64,000 bases of DNA from Eutreptiella sp. 'Long Island Sound 2002'. Its lineage: Eukaryota > Protista > Euglenida. Below, piece after piece: positions 47,901 through 59,900 of the stretch. A program made the translations under genes and the position numbers. The DNA lies in assembly GCA_964036045.1 (NCBI GenBank), contig OZ038378.1:188046001-188110000 (forward strand), written 5' to 3'. Position 1 is the stretch's first letter; every line of letters starts with the position of its first letter. The notes below the pieces were generated by a model. It did no database searches, was not told the origin of the DNA, and saw only the letters and a list, made by a program, of their open reading frames with translations.

Positions 47901-50900
47901 GGGGCAGCAACGGGCGGGGCCTTCCTCACAGCCGCCCAAATGGCTTGCTTCTGCAATCCTCTCTCACCGCTGCGCAGAAACCAATGGCTGTTCCAATCCT
48001 CTTCCACTCCATCCCAAACGAAGAAAACACAAGACACGCAAATGTACTCAAAGCCGAAAAAATCCATCCTCGGGGGATACCAAGTGGTGGACAGCACGGA
48101 TCCATTGAAGACGCACTCGTTGACCACCCTGCCCCTCGACAGTAATCCACTGATGGGATTGAGAAACTGAAATCCTTCAAATTGCTGGAAATATTTCAAA
48201 CCGGTGACTCCGATTCATTTCAAATGAATTTTTGCGGTCTGAATTTTGTGTCAGTCCACGCGTTCCCGACCCCGAGGAGCATCTCGGCACACTTCATGAG
48301 CGGTCCGGCCCCTTGACACTGCCCCTGGAGGTCAAGGCATGGGGAATCGCGGCGACGAGGCTACGTACCATCTGCTTTCTCAGCCTCAATCATGCGGCCA
48401 ATGGCTGACGGAAAATCCATCCGCCACACATCCCTGAGGCACTGCTCCAGCACGTCCTGCGACTTGGGATTGCCCGAGGTCGACCTGCGGACACAACGAG
48501 GGGGAGGCAATCGCGAAAGCTGTGTCAGGGGCTGAGGCGTGAAATGAGAGGCGTGCGCAGCTGCGAGGCAGCAGCCGGGGCACGGGGCACGGGGCACAGT
48601 TCGGTCCCACCCCTGCCCATCCTCCTACGCCCACGGCTGCTCATGCGGAGATGGCTGCCCCACACCCCGGCTGGCGCACCGCTTCTGCTACATTCCAGAA
48701 AGGAAGGGGGCGGCGGGGCTTCCGTTTCGTCCTAAAACACAACGGGAAGAGGACCCAATCGACAGTGTGTGCTGGACCCGCATCCTCTGCATTCCCACTC
48801 TTCTTGCGGTGCATCCGAGAGAAACCCCCCGACACAGAATTCAACCCCCTCCCAACGAAATGCATATCCATCGCAAGATGTAGCCCCCCGGCCTCACGGG
48901 CGTTTTGACGGACCTGGTAACCCCCCGACCTGCAAGCAAACGGAACACGCACAAATCCCAGCCGCAGTCTCTACACCACCGCAACGGTCGCTTGGGAAGA
49001 GAAGTGAGTTGCAGTCTGCTTCTTGACATTGGGAACACTGGCGGAGGCGTGGGCCACAGCAGCCAAAGAAGACAAACACTGAGCGACACGACAACAACAA
49101 CAACAACAACAACGACCAGCACCTCCCCACCCGATCATCGATACCCCCTCACTCGACTGAGCGGGCTGCCACCCTCCGGGAGCGGTTTTTTTTAAGGGAA
49201 GGGGGGGGGGGGCAATCAATAGGGTCAGGTCGCAACGTCCGCATTAGACTCCAACCGTGCATGCTCCCCACGGCCTTCATCGTCCACTGTCCAGCCATGC
49301 GCGTTTGGCCGGCGACCATCAGTGCCATCAATGCACTTCTTTTGTGGGGGGCTTACATGCCTGAGCTCTGCACATGCCACAGCATCACACACACACCAGG
49401 GAAGGAACAAGCGCAGATCGGCAGGCGCCGCCTCCGACGTGTCATCGCCCTTCGCCACGTCCATCATCGGCACTGCGGTCTGCACACCAGCACCGCTTTT
49501 AGTCTCAGGCTGGGGCTGGGCCTGGGGCTGCGTCGAGCCGCGCGTCATCAAGAGCTCGGCCAGATCGATCGCCCGGGACAACGGGACCTTAGGGCCACCA
49601 GCGTCCAGGGCCAGCGGGGGGTCTGTGCAGGGCCGCAGGGCCTTGGCCTCGGCCCCTGAGGGGCGGTTGTCGCGACGCTCGCGCTTGGCCTTGGGCGCAT
49701 CTGCACTCGGGGAGGCCGCACGTGCTCTGGGCTTCGCAGGAGGGCCATCGCTGGCTAACACGGGGTCACCTGCAGTACGCCCACAGGCCGTGCGGCGGGG
49801 CATTGCCGGGGGGGTTTCGATTGCCCCCGGGGCGGGGGGGGGTGGCATGAAGGCTGAGCAAGTGTGCCGGTTGGTAGTTCTGAGCGCACGCACGGCTTTG
49901 GGATTTCAGGGGGTCATCTGCATGGCTTGTCCACAGCCGATGGGAAAACGTATTTTCAATATGTGAGAGTGGGACCGTTGTCCCTCTGCTCACAGGTGCT
50001 GCTTCTGCCCCTGGGGAGTGCTTACTGCACGCCGCAGGGTAAGGGTCATTTGCTTTAAGGTAATTAGCAGTGCATCAATTTTCCTCCATTTTGGGTGAAG
50101 GAAGTAGGTCAAACGGGCACAATGGCGAGGCACAATACTCAAAACGGACAAAACTGTGGCGATAACCACTCCCCATTCAAAAGTACAGTTCACAAAGGGT
50201 AGAAGTTCCCCTGTTACACGATAATTACCGAAATTGTGCGCCGAAAGGCGCACCGCAGGATTAGCACCCCTTTGTTGCCGGCAATGCTTCACAGTCAGTC
50301 ATTGTCATGACAATGAAGTTTGGAGGGTGCTCGCCGCCATGTCTCTTTTGTAGCAGTGGGAGGGGGGGGGGAACTCCAGCCTGAAAGCAGCATATCGGGG
50401 ATCCCGGTGGAATTCTGACCATTTTGAGTATACATAGACTGGGGCAGCGAAAATTTTCCGAAGAAACACAATTGTCCATAACCACGATTGTCATGTAGCT
50501 CTGGTGCAGCACCATGCCACTTGCTGTCCATGGAAATACTGTGTGAACCATGGGGGGGACGTCTCCTCGCCTTTGTACGCAACTCCTCCCCCCCCAGTAG
50601 AAGTGGGCCGAAGGCCCCCGGGGGGGGAGGGGCAGCATTGGAGGGGGGGTTTCAGGGAGGGGCGATGGGGGGGGGGGAGGGTCAGTTGGGGGGGGGGGGG
50701 TCCAGGTGGGGCGATTTGGGGTGGTGGGGTGGGGGGCACAGGCTCCCCTTACCTCCCCTTGCCCTCAATCTAACCATACCATCACCATAAACCTAACCCT
50801 AACCTTTGCAGCCAGTTGGTTTGGCCATGCCATGTTGATTGGGCTGAACAAGATCCCCCAAATTTACTTCATGGCTGCTTTTGCCACAGCATTGCTCTCC

Positions 50901-53900
50901 ATTTTGGACCCCAACACTCACTCTAACCCGAGCCTAGGATGTGAGTTAGGGCTAGCGTTAGGGCTAGGGTCACCAAGCTGGTGGAACCAGTCTTGGTTTT
51001 ATAACCCTCTTTAGTGTCTAGGGTGGACCTAATAAGTTTGGCGAGCAAGCAACAAGCAAGCAAGCAAGCAAGCAGCAAGCAGCAAGCAAGCACGCGCGAA
51101 ATGGGCAAAAACCACAGCTCTGTCGTGGTGCTTCGCATTCGGCCACAATTTTGGTGGATGCTACCTATGGGTGTGAGGGACAACCACACAAAGTATGAGC
51201 ACGAAACTCAACGGTGGCGGCCGGGAACGGCCCTCGCAAGTGCCGGACCTCCATTTCAAAATCTGCAATTTAGGGCCAAAATCGGCCGCTTTTTGCCCAA
51301 AACCGCCCTAGAACCTGCTGAAAACGGCCAAATGAAGGGAAATAGTGGCTACTCTACACATGCAGCTAGACTTCCCCGTGCTGAAGGGACCTCTAGGCCC
51401 TCGAACTCCACAATACGTCTACGAACCGCCCCAAAAAGGCCCTCGAAAGCCCCAAATTTTGTGCACAATGGCCGCCAACAGCCCCAAACCAAAAATAGCC
51501 CATATGTTGGGCTACGTGGCTCAAAACGCGACTTTGATCGCACCTAATCCATCCGCAACCACCCACTTTTGGTGGTTTCCACCCCTCAAACTTGCCCTAA
51601 CCGACTCCTAGACCCCCGTACCTAGGCCCAGTGGGCTGCGGCAAGCTGCAAGAGGTAGCCCAAAGAGGTGGGTGCCAAAATGGGTCAACAAGGTCCACCG
51701 GGTGCAAAAAAAATGACTTTTTTCAAAAATGATCCTGGACCACATGCAATGCCAAAACAAGTGTTTTTGGCGCGTTTTGAGCTCGTGGTGGCCCCTTTTT
51801 GCCCTCCTAAAATCCCAAAATGCCTTGAAAATGGGGTGTTTGGGGCCAAAAAATGGGTCAAAAATGTGCCCAAAATGTGTTTCTCCAAAAATGATCCTGA
51901 ACCATTTGGGGTGCACAAACAAGTGAAATGAGCCCTGTTTGAACCCATTACAAGCCATATTGGCCCCTCCAAAGTCACAAAATGCCTTGAAAATGGGTTG
52001 TTTTGGGGCCAAAAGATGGGTCAAAAATGTGCCCAAAATGTGTTTTTCCAAAAATGATCCTGAACCATTTGGGGTGCACAAACAAGTGAAATGAGCCCTT
52101 TGTGAGCCCATTGCAAGCCATTTTGGCCACTCCGGAGTCACAAAATGCCTTAAAAATGGGCTGTTTTGGGACCAAAAAATAGTCAAAAATAGATCAAAAA
52201 TGTGTTGTTCCAAAGATACTTTTGGACTATTTGGGGTGCACAAACAAGTGTAATGGGCCCATTTTGAGCCCATGTTGAACAATTTTGGCCCCTCTCAAGG
52301 CCGAGAGGGCCTTGAAAATGGGCTGTTTTGTGACCACAAATGGCTCAAAAATGGGTCAAAACCATGGTTTTCCAAAACTGATCCTAGTCTAGTTGTGGTG
52401 CTCAAATGGATGAATACAGCTCATTTTGAGCCCCTGTTGAGCCGCTCTCATCCATTTTCCGGTGCGCACCTCATTTGTCGTTGAAGTCTCCTAGACGATG
52501 TTCCTTCCCCCACCGGCTCGGTCCCAATATTCAATCCTGGTTAGGTTTAGGTTCAAGGCTAAGGTTTGGGGGTAGGGTTAGGAGTAGGCTGAGGGTTGGG
52601 GTGAGCGTTAGAGTTAAGGTTGGGTTCAAGGATAGTGTTGGGGTGCAAAGTGGACAAAATGGGCAAGGGCACGGGGGTGACGTCTCCTCGCTGTTATACG
52701 CGAGCCCCCCTAGTAGAAGTGGCTGAAGGCCCAAGGGGGGGGGGATTGGAAGGGGGGTTTCAGGAAGGGGCGATGGGGGGGGTTGGGGGGGGGGGTCTAG
52801 GTGGGGGGCGGGGTCCAGGTGGGGCGATTTGGGGTGGTGGGGTGGGGGGCGGGGGGGGGGGGGGCATAGGCTCCCCTTACCTCCCCTTGCCCTCAATCTA
52901 ACCATACCATCACCATAAACCTAACCCTAACCTTTGCAGCCAGTTGGTTTGGCCATGCCAGCCATGTTGATTGGGTTGAACAAGATCCCCCAAATTTACT
53001 TGATGGCTGCTTTTGCCACATCATTGCTCTCCATTTTGGACCCCAACACTCACTCTAACCCGAGCCTAGGGTGAGAGCTAGGGCTAGGGGCAAGGCTAGG
53101 GTTAGGGTCACCGAGCTGGTGGAACCAGTCTTGGTTTTATAACCCTTTTTAGTGTCTAGGGTGGACCTACCAGGTTTAGCAGCAGCAAGCAAGCAAGCAG
53201 CAAGCAGCAAGCAGCAGCACGCGCGAAATGGGTAAAAATCAGATTTCCGTCGTGGTGCTTCATATTCGGGTGAAATTTTGGTGGATGATACCTATGGGTG
53301 TGAAGTACAATCACACAAAGTTTGAGCAAGAAACTCAACGGTGGCGGCCGGGAACGGGATTCGCAAGTGGCGGACCTCAGTTTCAGAAACTGCAGTTTAG
53401 GGCCAAAAACAGCCATTTTTGGGCCAAAAATGCCCTGGAACACATTCAAAACGGCCAAACGAAGGGAAACGGTGGGTACACTCCACGTGCCGCTTGACTT
53501 CCCCGTGTCAACGAGCTCTTTGCGGTCCTCTAACTCCATGATATGCCGCGGAAGCGGCCCAAAAAGGCCCCCAGAAGCTCCAACTGCCGACAGCCACAAA
53601 CCAAGAATAGGCCATATCTTTGGCTACATGGCTCAAAATGCGATTCCGAGGGCACCTACTCCACCCGCAACCCCCCACATTTTGTGGTTTCCACCCCTCA
53701 GAATTGCCCAAACGGACGCCCAGGCCCCAATAACTAGGCCCACTAGGCTGTGGCAAGCTGCAAGCTCAAGCCCAAACAGGTGGGTACCCAAATGGGTCAA
53801 CAGGGTCCGAAAGGGGTAAAAATATGACTTTCCGCAAAAATGATCCTAGACCATGTGCGACGCTAAAACAAGTGTTTTTGGACTGTTTTGAGCTTGTGGT

Positions 53901-56900
53901 GGCCCATTTGGGTCCTCCAAAAATCCCAAAATGCCTTGAAAATGGACCAAAAATGGGTCAAAAATGGGTCAAAAACACATTTTTCCAAAACTCATCGTAG
54001 ACCATTTGGGGGTGCACAAAAGGGTGAAATGAGCCCATTTTGAGCCCATTTTGGGGCATTTTGGCCCCTGAGAAGTCCAAAAAGCCTTGAAAGTGGACCT
54101 CGTGGTGATGGGGTTCAGGTGCATTTCACTTTGTCAAGAGCCATCAATGTGTGAATCATTCTTGATGTCCCTCACCATTCATATCCAATGTTCCCTCCCC
54201 CACCAGCTCGGTCCCAATATTCAGTCTTGATTAGGGCTAGGGTCACCGAGCTAGTGGAACCAGTCTTGCTTTTATAACCCTTTTTAGTGTCTAGGGTGGA
54301 CCTACCAAGTTTAGCAGCAGCAGCAAGCAAGCAGCAGCAAGCAAGCAGCAGCACGCGCGAAATGGGGAAAAATCAGATTTCCGTCGTGGTGCTTTGGATT
54401 TATGTGAAATTTTGGTGCACGACACCTATGGGTGTGAAGTACAATCACACAAAGTTTGAGCGAGAAACTCGACGGTGGCAGCCGGCAAAGGGATTCGCAA
54501 GTGGCGGACCTCTGCTTCACAATTCGTCGAAAATGGCCCAAAATTGCCATTTTTTGGGCAATTTGGGTGCCTGGGATGTCCATGGAGGGGTTCGTTTGCA
54601 TTGGAATCAATCTAAATGATAAACAAACACCTTTCATCATGGTTTAGTGTGTTATGTACCCGATTACGGGCCTCAGCGACCTCTTTTTGGGCCCAAAATA
54701 CCGCAAAATTGGCCTTGAAAAGCTCCCTTTTCGCATACCTTTTCAAGTTGCACCTCCTCGTGCCATGTTTTATTGGCATGGATTGCATTGGGCACCCTTG
54801 TGGTGATTAATAACGATGAATGGGATCATTTGCGGGCCTTTTCCACATTGTCATCACCCTCCGATGCCCCATTTTGGCACGATAGAGTGGTGTTGAGCGC
54901 GCGCAGTGCAGTTTGGCACGCAACAGCAAACAGCGCGCGCGAAATGGGGGGAAATCAGAACTCTGTCGTGGTGCTTTGGATTTGGTTGAAATTTTGGTGC
55001 ATGACACCTATGGGTGTGAAGTACAATCACACAAAGTTTGAGCAAGAAATCTAACGGTGGCGGCCGGGAACGGGATTCGCAAGTGGCGGACCTCTGCTTC
55101 ACAATTCGTCGAAAATGGCCCAAAATTGCCATTTTTTGGGCAATTTGGGTGCCTAGGATGTCCATGGAGGGGTCCATTTGCATTGGAATCAATCTAAATG
55201 ATAAACAAACACCTTTCATCATGGTTTAGTGTGTTTTGTGCCCAATCAGGGGCCTCAACGAGCTCTTTTTGGGCCCAAAATACCGCAAAATTGGCCTTGA
55301 AAAGCTCCCTTTTCGCATACCTTTTCAAGTTGCACCTCCTCGTGCCGTGTTTTATTGGCATGGATTGCATTGGGCACCCTTGTGGTGATTAATAACGATG
55401 AATGGGATCATTTGCGAGCGTTTTCCACATTGTCATCACCCTTCAATGCCCCATTTTGGCACAATAGAGTGGTGTTGAGCGCGCAGTGCACGTGCTAGGG
55501 TAGGGTCATCTGTGGGTCCAAAAATGGTCCAAAATCATTTTCTCCAATTTTGTTCCTAGACCACTTGGGGTGCTCAAACGGCTGTTTTTCGCCCGTTTTG
55601 AGCCCATGGTGGCCCGTTTTGACCCTCCAAAATTACGAAAAAGCCTTGAAAATGGGCTTTTTGGGGACCAAAAATGGGTCAAAAATGGGTCGAAAACCCG
55701 TTTTTGCAAAATGATAACGAGACCGTTTGCGGTGCACAAACAAGTGAGATGAGCCCATGGTAAGGGATTTTGGCCCGTCTAAAGTCACAAAATGCCTTGA
55801 AGGTGATGTTCCTTTCCCCACCAGCTCGGTCCCAATATTCAGTCCTGTTTAGGGTCAGGGTTAGGCTCAAGGCTAGGGTTGGGGTCACCGAGCTGGTGGA
55901 ACCAGTCTTGCTTTTATAACCCTTTTTAGTGTCTAGGGTGGACCTACCAGGTTTAGCAGCAGCAAGCAAGCAAGCAGCAGCAAGCAAGCAGCAGCAAGCA
56001 GCAGCAAGCAAGCAGCAGCACGCGCGAAATGGGGAAAAATCAGAACTCCGTCGTGGTGCTTTGGATTTATGTGAAATTTTAGTGCATGATACCTATGGGT
56101 GTGAAGTACAATCACACAAAGTTTGAGAGAAACTCGACGGTGGCGGCCGGGAACGGGATTCACAGGTGGTGGACCTCAGTTTCAAAACTGCAGTTTAGGG
56201 CTAAAAACAGCCATTTTTGGGCCAAAAAAGCCCTGGAACACATTCAAAACGGCCAAACAAAGAGAAACGGTGGGTACACTCCACGTGCGGCTTGACTCCC
56301 CCGTGTCAACGAGCTCTTTGCGGCCCTCTAACTCCATGATATGTCCCGGAAACGGCCCAAAAAGGCCCCCAGAAGCTCCAAATTTTGTGTAGATTGGCTG
56401 CCAACGGCCACAAACCAAGAATAGGCCATATCGTTGGCTACATGGCTCAAAATGCGATTCCGAGGGCACCTACTCCACCCGCAACCTCCCACTTTTTGTG
56501 GTTTCCACCCCTCAGAATTGCCCAAACGGACGCCCAGGCCCCAATAACTAGGCCCACTAGGCTGTGGCAAGCTGCAAGCTCAAGCCCAAACAGGTGGGTG
56601 CCCAAATGGGTCAACAGGGTCCAGTAGGGGCAAAAAGATGACTTTTCTCAAAAAGGATCCTAGACCATGTGCGACGCTAAAACAAGTGTTTTTGGACCGT
56701 TTTGAGCTTGTGGTGGCCCATTTTGGTCCTCCAAAAATCCCAAAATGCCTTGAAAATGGGATGTTTTGGGACCAAAAAATGGGTCAAAAATGGGTCAAAA
56801 CCGCATTTTTCCAAACCTCATCCTAGACCATCTGGGGTGCACAAAAGGGTGAAATGAGCTCATTTTGAGCCCGTTTTGGGGCATTTTGGCCCCTCAGAAG

Positions 56901-59900
56901 TCCAAAAAGCCTTGAAAGTGGGCCTCGTGGTGATGGGGTTCACTTGCAACTGATTCCACTTTGTCAAGAGCCATCAATGTGTGAATCATTCTTGATGTCC
57001 CTCACCAGTCATAGCTGATGTTCCCTCCCCCACCAGCTCGGTCCCAATATTCAGTCTTGATTAGGGTCAAGGGTAAGGTTTGGGGGCGTGGTTAGGAGTA
57101 GGCTGAGGGTTGGGTTGGGCATCAGAGTCAAGGTTGGGTTCAAGGATAGTGTTGGGGTGCAAAGTGGACAAAATGGGCAAGGGGAATGAAAAAAATTTTC
57201 GGGCGCCTTTGGCGCCACCATATGTATGGCCAGTAGCTGTTGAGCTTTGGCAACTAAGTGGGCCCGGAGGGCAGGGAGGGGGGGGAGTCGCGTACCAGAA
57301 CCGAGGAGACGTCCCCCCTGTGGGCAAGGGGAATGAAAAAAAAATTTGGGCGCCTTTGGCGCCACCATATGTATGGCCAGTAGCTATTGACCCTTGGCAA
57401 CTAAGTGGGCCCGGAGGGCAGGGAGGGGGGGAGGGGGGGAGGGGGGGGAGTTGCGTACCAGAACCAAGGAGACGCCCCCGCCCCCGTGGTGCGAACAAAA
57501 AAACCTAAAAACAACCGACATGACGGTGCCAAACCTGTGGGACAGAGTTGTTCTTGACAGCACTTGTACGATACCCTCCCCCCCCCAATGCGTACCAAGG
57601 TATCACCTTCCTTTCCATTCCCGTTTTGATCGGTTTCAACCACATGGACGCGCACCCGTGGCACACATACATCTTGTTGCAGCGGGCGGGTCGTCCGTGT
57701 GCTCTGACCCCTTGCTGAAGTCGTAAGCGCGAACCAAGTGGTCTTCAGCACAGCTGTACACTGTGGTAGGGTGCAGGGAGCTCCAACACACTCCGGTAAT
57801 CCTGGATCGGTGGCAAGCAATGGATGCCACGCACCTGCCAAAACAACGATGGCGGAGTCCATTCAAAGCGACACATTTGGGGGCACCAAAGAGGCAATGA
57901 CAAGGCAAGCAAATCAGAACATCAGAGCGACTCTCTGCAGTCTGTTGGCACAGGTACGAGAGGGAGGGGGGGGGGGGGGGGCTCGTCAACACGGCAGGCG
58001 GCACAGCACCCAACAACCCACAAAGTTGCTCGCCAATGCCACGCAAACCACAGCACCCTGCAACAGCCTGCAACACCCCCATCAACCCTCCACGACTGAT
58101 GGCGAAATGCCAACCCCTGAATTGGATGGCATTGGGTCGCAGATCCGCTGGACACTTCAGATGTCAAGCGAATCGTCACACAACGCTTTGCTTTCCTGAA
58201 AGGGAACACAAAGCGGACCGGCATCGCTTTTGTGCACGAGCTCAGCACACTCCTGTGCCCTGCGGACTCTACGCGAGGTCATGAGGGCATCCCACGCCTG
58301 CTCTAGCTCTGCAGCGGCGGTTCCGATCGTGCCCCTGCCACCCGTGCCCTCGTCGAGCGCCGCACACAACGCCTCCCGTCCGTATACCCCCGCATTACCC
58401 TAAGTCCACGTTTGCCTGGCATACTTGAGGGAGTCCGAGTTCTGGGAGTCCTTCGTCGACCAGACCTGCACCATGGAACATGCACGCCACGCCAAATAGG
58501 AGGACGAGGACGAGGACGAGGAGCGGGAAGAGATGTGGTGCCATGTGTTTGTCATCGCAGTCAGGCCCACAAGCAGAAGCGTCTTGCACTTCTCATGGGG
58601 GCTCTTGGCAGGTTGACGTGTGCGCCTGCCGGAATGACATGATTTGTTTTCACTCATAGTGGACGGGAAGGGGGTTGCCCCCCCCCCCCCCTGCGTGTGT
58701 GTATGCAACACGCCCAGACTGCATCGGCGAATGCAAACATGCAAAATACAACAGCAGAACTTTTTAGACCCGCGCCCCCGCCCCCCAACAAAAAAACTTA
58801 TGGACCCAAACTACACCAAAGCGATGGAAGAGTCTTCATGACCGTTGTTCAGGGCGCAACAACGCACTTCGAACGCCACATGCAGAGACAACAGCCCTGC
58901 ACACCGGGGCGTACGAGCAAAAGCATCCGTAATGAGGCCGGCGGTACGAGGGGCCGCACAATACCCACCTGAACCCGTGGCTTCTGGCCACATGGCCCCT
59001 GCTGTGCGGGTGCCACACCCAAAGGGGCGGGTACACGACCGCTGCCGTCCTGGGGCCACACCCAGAGTCCGCCTGGATTGTGGTGGCATATGCCCTACTG
59101 AAAACGACTGCTCCTCCCGATGGGTGCAGGGCCGGCGGTCTGGAAAGGTTGGGAGGGGGGGGGTCCAGCCGTCCAAGTAAACGCCCCTGGGGGGGTCCAT
59201 ACTTATGAACAGGACACGGCCGGGGCTTCTGCCGCTGATGGCCTCGCCTGAGATGCATCCAGTGATCCTCAGGTGTGTCCTCAACGGCACCCGGCCACCC
59301 CATCAGACTACCCTGAACCGGCGTCAATCGGACGTGGTTTGATGGCTGTGGTCTCCCGCATGTGCCTGTGACAGAAACTCCCTCCCATCAATTACTGGCC
59401 ACCCGCCGGGCTCAGCGTAGTTCTGTTCGCCGTCAGAAACTGCCCTGGTCCACAAGCGTGAGAGACAATGGGACCAATGGCAGTCGGGGGGGGGGGGGGG
59501 GATTAGAGTGCAACCAGCAGTGGTCAAAAGGCGGTTGAGAGGACCAAAGGCTTGAGGGTAACCGACAACGGATTGAGGGTCACCGCACCAGCACAGCAAG
59601 CGGGACAGCTCAAGGGTGGCCAGCAGCGATCGAGGGGAGGGGGATGCACTTGAGGGCTCCTCCACCACCTCCTCCTGTTATTCCTCGTCCTCGTCCTCGT
59701 CCTCCTCCACTTGCACATCTCGCCAGCATCACCTCCCGCTCCTCCTCCTCCTCCTCCTCCTCCTCCTCCTCCTCCTCCTCCTCCTCCTCCTCCTCCTCCT
59801 TCTGCAGCTGTTTTCTGCTGCTGTTTGGATCATTTTCAAAATGCAGATCCTCGGTGTTTGCTCCCCGTCTCAGTGTTGCTGTCACCTTCTCTGCCCCCAT

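Noticed and set aside
52538-52630. True telomere or chromosome end
   Set aside because: Hexamers are highly degenerate, short and internal to an intron.
51014-56627. Several 60-224 aa ORFs repeated within the array
   Set aside because: They recur only because the DNA repeats; frames and stops differ between copies and no domain is recognisable.
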